This document shows positions 57,111-64,000 of a stretch of 64,000 nt of DNA, one piece after another. Position 1 is the first letter of the stretch, and each line of letters opens with the position of its first letter. The notes beneath the pieces are model-generated. The model had not been told where the DNA came from and did no database searches. It was given only the letters and a program-made list of their open reading frames with translations. This stretch comes from Pristiophorus japonicus (taxonomy: Eukaryota): assembly GCF_044704955.1 (NCBI RefSeq), contig NC_091982.1, positions 235,166,001 to 235,230,000 of the forward strand. Direction: 5' to 3'. Position numbers and translations under genes: made by a program.

Positions 57111-58114
57111 CCGACCATAAATCCTCCCCTTTCCCTGCTCCGAAATCTGGCCCCAGTAAATATCGGGGCCAAACACTCTGCTCCAGCATCTGTGATGGCT
57201 GACAGGGCAAGTCCCTGGAGTAAATTTGAATCGGCTGATTTAATTGGCTGCAAGGGGCATGTGTGCCCCCAGCCAGCAAATCACAACAACAACAACTTGC
57301 ATTTATATAGCATCTTTAACAGAGAAACAACATCCCAAGGTGCTTCACGGGAGGGCTTTCAGACAAAAATTGACACCAAGGAGACATTCGGAAAGGTGAC
57401 CAAAAGGTTGGTCAGAGATCTCGGAATTAAAGTTGGTCTTGAAGGAGGAGAGAGAGGTTGGAGAGGCGGAGAGGTTCAGGAAGGAAGTTCCAGAGTTTGG
57501 GGCATAGGCAGTAGAAGGCACAGCCTTGGATGGTAGGTTGAAAGAAGTGGGGGTTAAGGCAATCATTTCAAATTGGAGGACATTCCTAGCCCCAATATTA
57601 ACAGTGGGGAGGAGTTTCTCTCCCGGCTCTAGCAAGTCAGCCATCTATGAATGAAAATGCAGTGAGACTAGCTCACCGGATGCTGCATTTGGTGTTTCAA
57701 AAGAACACAAGGGGAATATTCAGAGTAGTTATGACCATAACATCGACAAAGACAAAAAAGGTTGCGATGGAGGTAGGAGTTGAGAGAAGGATCACTCATC
57801 AGATGACTAAGCCTTTTCTTGTATCCTCTCCGAACGACTCCTTGGTGTCAATTTTTGTCTGAAAGCCCTCCCGTGAAGCACCTTGGGATGTTGTTTCTCT
57901 GTTAAAGACGCTATATAAATGCAAGTTGTTGTTGTTGTGATTTGCTGGCTGGGGGCACACATGTCCCTTGCAGCCAATTAAATCAGCCGATTCAAATTTA
58001 CTCCAGGGACTTGCCCTGTCAGCCATCACAGATGCTGGAGCAGAGTGTTTGGCCCCGATATTTACTGGGGCCAGATTTCGGAGCAGGGAAAGGGGAGGAT
58101 TTATGGTCGGTGTT
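57107..58114. repeat. 290-bp near-identical inverted duplication with a 428-bp spacer
   Basis: Arms 57107-57396 and 57825-58114 are reverse complements with only a few mismatches. Confidence 0.92.
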
Positions 58115-58462
58115 GGAAAAACCTCCCAGATACTGGGGCAGCATTCAAGCCTTGGACAGGCAGGCTTTATAGAGCATTAAGAGTTATTAAATGCGGATAT
58201 TTATCATATTTTATTATTGCTGATGACGTATCTTCAGTTTACTGAGATGAATGATATTTTCCTCAGAAAGTATCAATGAACTAATTTCAAGAATGACATT
58301 TACATTTCTACAGCATCTTTTAACACAGTAAACATTGCAAGGCATTTCATAGCGGAGAAAGACATACCAAGCAGCAGTGGAAGAGTTAGAGGGGATGACC
58401 AGAGAGGTGGTCGTAAAGATAGAATTTGAGGAGGCTTTTAAACAACAACAACTTGTATTTAT

Positions 58463-59070
58463 ATAGAAACATAGAAAATAGGTGCAGGAGCAGGCCATTC
58501 GGCCCTTCGAGCCTGCACCACCATTCAATAAGATCATGGCTGATCATTCACCTCAGTTCCCCTTTCTTGCTTTCCCTCCATACCCATTGATCCCTTTAGC
58601 CGTAAGGGCCATATCCAACTCCCTCTTGAATATATCCAACGAACTGGCATCAATAATTCTCTGCGGTAGGGAATTCCACGATTAACAACTCTCTGAGTGA
58701 AGAAGTTTCTCCTCATCTTGGTCCTAATTGGCTTACCCCTTATCCTTAGACTGTGACCCCCGGTTCTGGATTTCCCCAACATTGGGAACATTCTTCCTGC
58801 ATCTAACCTGTCCAGTCCCGTCAGAATTTTATATGTTTTATGAGATCTCCTCTCATCCTTCTAAACTCCAGTGAATACAGGCCAGACGATCCAGTCTCTC
58901 CTCATATATCAGTCCTGCCATCTTGGGAATCAGTCTGGTGAACCTTCACTGCACTCCCTCAATAGCAAGAACGTCCTTCCTCAGATTAAGAGACCAAAAC
59001 TGAACACAATATTCCAGGCGAGGCCTCACCAAGGCCCTGTACAACTGCAGTAAGACCTCCCTGCTCCTAT
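58463..59070 (-). mobile_element. CR1 LINE 3' part
   Basis: Standard CR1 3' sequence and tail. Confidence 0.92.
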
Positions 59071-60722
59071 ATAGCTCCTTTAACGTAGTGAAATGACCCA
59101 AAGCGCTTCTCAGGAGTATTATGAGCTAAAATATTTGACACCGAGCCACATAAGTAGAAATTAGCACAGGTGACCAAAAGCTTGGTCAAAGAGGTAGGTT
59201 TTAAGGAGGGTCTTGAAGGAGGAAAGAGAGGTAGAGAGGTGGCGAGGTTTAGGCAGGGAGTTCCAGAGCTTGGAGCCTAGGCAACAGAAGGCACGGCCAC
59301 CGATGGTTGAACATAGAAACATAGAAAATAGGTGCAGGAGCAGGCCATTCGGCCCTTCGAGCCTGCACCGCCATTCAATATGATCATGGCTGATCATGAT
59401 CAATTATAATCAGGGATGCTCAAGAAAGCAGAGTTAGAGAAGCACACATCTCTGGGGCTGGAGGAGATTACAGAGAGAGAGAGAAACAGTGGTAGAGAAG
59501 TAGTGAGGCAGAGAGGTTTAGGAAGGGAGTTCCAAAGAGTAGGGCTGAGACAACTGAAGATGGAATGGTGGGCGGCGAGGGCGTGTACAGAAAGCAAGAG
59601 TCATAGGGGCTGGAAAGTCAGGCTGGAGGGGGTTGCAGAGGTAAGGTGGGACAAGGCAACTGAAGGACTTGTAAGTAAGGATGAAGATTTTGAATTTGTT
59701 GTGTTGGTGGACAGGAATCCAATGGAAGCTGGCGAGGTTAAGCAAATGGTACTTAGCACAGGATAGGATACGAGCGATGAAGTTTCGGACAAATTGAAAT
59801 TCATGAAGGGTAGAGCTTTGGTAGCCAGGGACGTGGGATTTCGTGGAGACCAAGTCTGGAACTAACAAAAGTGTGGGTAGGGATTCCCTGGTGGGGAGCT
59901 AATGAGAGAAGCAGGCAATATTGTGATGGTACAGGTAGGCGGTCTCGTTAATGCACAGGATATGGGGTTAGGGTTCAGCGATGCACCAAGGTTGGTTTCA
60001 GCTTGAATGACCAACCAAGGAGGAGGAAGGAGTCGGGAGCAAGGGCATAGAGGTTTTGGCAGGAACCGAATAGAATGGCTTTGGTCTTCCAAATGTTCAA
60101 CTAGAGGAAACTTTTGCTCATCCATGACTGGATGTCCTGACAACACAGAAGTAGTTGCAGAGTTGTAGGTGTGGGCAGAGAGGCAGAGTTGGGTGTTAAC
60201 CTCAGACATCTATGGATGTTGAACACCTATCAGAGAATCATGGAAATTTATAGCACGGAAGGAGGCTATTTCGGCCCATCATGTCTGTGCCGGCCGACAA
60301 AGAGCTATCCAGCCTAATCCCACTTTCCAGCTCTTGGTCCGTAGCCTTGTAGCTTACGGCACTTCAAGTGCATATCCAATTATGTTTTAAATGTGGTGAG
60401 GGTTTGTGCCTCTACCACTGTTTCAGGCTGTGAGTTCCAGACCCCCACCACCCTCTAGGTGAAAACATTTCTTCTCAAATCCCCTCTAAACCTCCTACCA
60501 AGTGCTTTAAATCTATGTCCCTCTGGTTATTGACCCCTCTGCTAAGTGAAATAGGTCCTTCCTATCCACTCTATCTAGGCCCCTCATAATTTTATGGTGT
60601 TGCTGAGCGGCAACAGGTAAATGAGGAAAAGACAAGGGTCTTGGGGGTACTATAGAGGCGACAGCGTCATGCAGAAACTGGAGATAAACAGTTGTGAAGG
60701 AGGAGAGAAAACGTTGCTTTAC

Positions 60723-60835
60723 CCTTTTTGGCTGAAGATATCTCTCCATTTGCCTAGGTCACTGATCTTGCTGGTGATCGCATCTAAATCGCACTCACTG
60801 AAGTGGTGGTCACGATTGCCCAGGCTCTTGTCCAT
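60723..60835 (-). CDS. MINDY4B: MINDY4B coding exon 1 (MDKSLGNRDHHFSECDLDAITSKISDLGKWRDIFSQK-G)
   Basis: Not in the ORF track. ATG at 60835, 113 nt, ends in phase 2 at a GG|GTAAAG donor. Peptide resembles the recalled human MINDY4B N-terminus ([21 protein letters not shown]). Confidence 0.85.
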
Positions 60836-61243
60836 CTGTGAATTACACCTTGCGAGTTAGCACTGCTCTCAATGCAGAAGATCCAGGTTCCTCCAGCTCC
60901 CAGGACTTGTCCTAATGTCAGTCAGCCTGACTTTTGTATTTAACACGGCGCATTATCAGTGATCGGCTAAATTGCAAACCTTAGACTGACATCAAGATGG
61001 CCCTGGGAGCTCAGTCACGCTATCATATTACGCTAAATAATTCACTGCATGTCAGAATAGTGCTCCTCTCCCCTGCCATCACCAAGTGAATAGTAAAGAG
61101 AAAGGCAGAGATTTCTCATTCACAAAGATGTATCTGGTCTCACGCAGATAGATAATTAATTACGTTCAAGCAACAAGTCATTTAGCGGGTTGTTTTAGTT
61201 ACATAGTGATTGCGTTTCCATGGTAAAATATCCAGTTGGAGAG

Positions 61244-62643
61244 TGTTGAGAACATTCCCTCTGTACCACATCATGAGCCATTGCCATCAGGGATGGAGGG
61301 AAGGAAGAAAAAAAGGAGAGTATTCTTCACGACATCAAAAACACACAGACTACAAGATGGCTCTGCAGGAACTTGTCACTTTGTCACATGATCCTTTTAT
61401 TGTATTTACATCAGCAGTTGAATTAAATCGGTTGTCCACCAGGTGGAGCAGTAGTCCACTAGGGGGAGCTCTATTACACTTCTCCCTCCTTAATGAAGAT
61501 GTAATCATAACAAATAATCATCACACATAACTTGCATGGTTATACATAACTAAAGATATGGACTTATTTTGCCATATTTACAAATCAAGCTTAATCACTG
61601 ATTTTCTGTTTCGAAGAGGATACCTTCGCTCTCGAACAGAACTTTCCAAACATGGTGTCATTCTAGCAGGAGGAGAGTTTTTCTCCAAGGGCAACCCTTG
61701 ATCTACATTTGGACTCTCTACAACTTCAGACTGTTTGTCTGCCTGACTCTGAGTCAGACTTAAATTCTGACTTTCTCTTGGACTTGTTTCTAATACATCT
61801 GAGGTAGGATTCGCTACTCGTACTCTACTTGTAACAAGACTATCTGATGAGTCAGAAATAATCGAATCATTCCAACTTTCACTCCTTCCACATCTGTAGG
61901 TAAAATATCAATGTGAACAAGCCTAACCTTTCCATGATCAAACAGCTTGACAAAATATGTGTGAGGGCCACATATCTTCACTACTCTTCCTGGTAACCAC
62001 CTTAAACATTTATGTTGATTTGGTCTTCACTCTAACCTTCTGATTCAATTTCACACTTCTCTCTCTTACTCTACCTCTATCATGATTCTCTTTCTGTCTT
62101 AATTGTTTCTCTTCTACTGACTGTGCCAAGTTCGGCTTTAACAACGAGAACCTGGTTTGTGGCTGTCGTTTGAGAAACAACTTTGCTGGTGTTCTACCAG
62201 TAATTATTTGAGGAGTATTACGATAAGTAATTAAAAAGTTTGCTAGTTTGTGATCCAATGACAACTGTCATTTCTTTGGATGTGGATCTAACATTTGTTT
62301 GATGAGGGCACGTTTTGCCACACCATTTAAAGCAGGGTGGTACAGTGGAACTTTGATATGTTTCACACCGTTTCTGCTTGTGAACTGTGCAAATTCTTCT
62401 GAACTAAATTGCAGCCCATTATCAGACACAATTTCTTCTAGGAGGCCATATGAAGAAAACAATCTTCGCAAATTGTCTAGTGTTTTACTTGTTGCTGTTT
62501 TCCACATTGGAAACACCTCTACCCACTTCGAATGGTTATCAATCACAATGATCAATTGCTGTCCTTCTAGCTCAGCAAAATCTACATGTAACCTTTGCCA
62601 CACCGTGGGAGGCCATTTCCATGGCTGTAATGGTACTGGTGGT
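61244..62643 (-). mobile_element. Decayed Gypsy element 3' end (integrase, PPT, 3' LTR)
   Basis: WQRLHVDFAE...SDNGLQFSSEEF; C-terminal RRYPLRNRK near 61610; PPT aaggagggagaag at 61479-61491 next to the LTR end at 61478. Left LTR boundary approximate. Confidence 0.82.
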
Positions 62644-62644
62644 G

Positions 62645-63522
62645 CAAAGGGATATAGACAGGCTAAGTGAGTGGGCAAAAATTTAGCAGATGGATTATAA
62701 TGTGGAAAAATGTGAGGTTATACACGTTGGTGGAAATAATAGAAAAGCAAATTATAATTTAAATGGAGAAAAATTGCAAAGTGCTGCAGTACAGAGGGAC
62801 CTGGGACTCCTTGTGCATGAAGCACAAAAAGTTATATGCAGGTACAACAAGTAATCAGGAAGGCAAATGGAATGTTGGCCTTTATTGCGAGGGGGTTAGA
62901 GTATAAAAGCAGAGAAGTCCTGCTACAACTGTACAGGGTATTGGTGAGGCCACACCTGGAGTACTGCGTACAGTTTTGGTCTCCGTATTTAAGGAAGGAT
63001 ATAGTTGCATTGGAGGCAATTCAGAGAAGGTTCACGAGGTTGATTCCGGGGATGAGGGGGTTGACTTATGAGAAAAGGTTGAGTAGGTTGGGCCTCTACT
63101 CATTGGAATTCAGAAGAATGAGAGGTGATCTTATCGAAACGTATAAGATTATGAGGGGGCTTGACAAGGTGGATGCAGAGAGGATGTTTCCACTGATGGG
63201 GGAGACTAGAACTAGAGGGCATAATCTTAGAATAAGGATCCGCCCATTTAAAACTGAGATGACGAGGAATTTCTTCTCTCAGAGGGTTGTAAATCTGTGG
63301 AATTCGCTGCTTCGGAGAACAGTGGAAGCTGGGACATTGAATAAATTTAAGACAGAAATAGACAGCTTCTTAACCGATAAGGGAATAAGGGATTATGGGA
63401 AGCGGGCAGGGAAGTGGAGCTGAGTCCATGATCAGATCAGCCATGATCGTATTAAATGGTGGAGCAGGCTCGAGGGGCCGTATGGCCTACTCCTGCTCCT
63501 ATTTCTTATGTTCTTATGTTCT
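62645..63522 (+). mobile_element. CR1 LINE 3' part truncating the Gypsy element
   Basis: ORF 62836..63423 and (ttcttatg) tail. Confidence 0.93.
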
Positions 63523-64000
63523 TACCTGGACTGACCAGCAGGTGGTGTGCAAGGCCTGAGCTGGTCTGCAGTTCAGGAACGTGGATAATGTTGAAGTGGA
63601 TGTGAACTGGCCTGCTTTGAGGATTGTGTAATAAGGCCCTAATCCTAGGGTCGCGACGAGTGAATGATAAAACACTGACTCTAACTGCCAATCTAGAGGT
63701 GGAAAATATTCACGAGATGGGAATCACTTGGTTTGATTTCAAAATCCTTAATCTACAAAAATTCAGTTATGACCTTGCTCCTTCCTACCTACTCAACCTC
63801 CTCCAACCCTACATCCTGGCTTGTATTCTTCTCTCTTCCGCATCTGAACTAATACACGGCCCCTCTCCTTCCACTCCACCATCATGCCCCTGTTCTGTGG
63901 AGACCCCCCCGTTACTTCATCGTTCTCTGTCTTCAACAGCCCTCTGAAGACCTGTCTCTTCAACCTCGCCCTTGGTCACCTCCCCCTAGCGCTTATCCCT

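Noticed and set aside
57107-58114. DNA transposon with 290-bp TIRs
   Set aside because: Arms are a patchwork of unrelated repeats, no TSD was found, and one arm overlaps an LTR end; better explained as an inverted duplication.

Overview
Eukaryotic, repeat-dense vertebrate DNA, most likely from a cartilaginous fish (shark). This is inferred from abundant CR1 LINEs with (TTTCTATG)n tails and SacSINE1-type SINEs. The window lies almost entirely inside one minus-strand host gene, MINDY4B (FAM188B2). I could read seven coding exons with GT-AG boundaries and matching phases (60835-60723, 56201-56174, 42962-42783, 22079-21960, 16130-16033, 14860-14695, 5635-5570; 771 nt = 257 aa). The gene continues past the left edge. 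Its introns contain CR1 LINE copies, a decayed Tx1/L1-clade LINE, RTE LINE fragments with a partner SINE, PIF/Harbinger- and hAT-like MITEs, several Gypsy/ERV-like LTR elements (including a three-level nest), two minisatellites and a gapped GA microsatellite. The most unusual feature is a 344-bp poly(A)-tailed retroposon at 7552-7895 (-). It is built from U2 and U1 snRNA modules, has a 12-bp target-site duplication, and a paralogous empty site lies ~590 bp away. It resembles a SINEU-type element, a class I know only from crocodilians. No prokaryotic features or CRISPR arrays are present. All family assignments are from reading and recall, not database searches.
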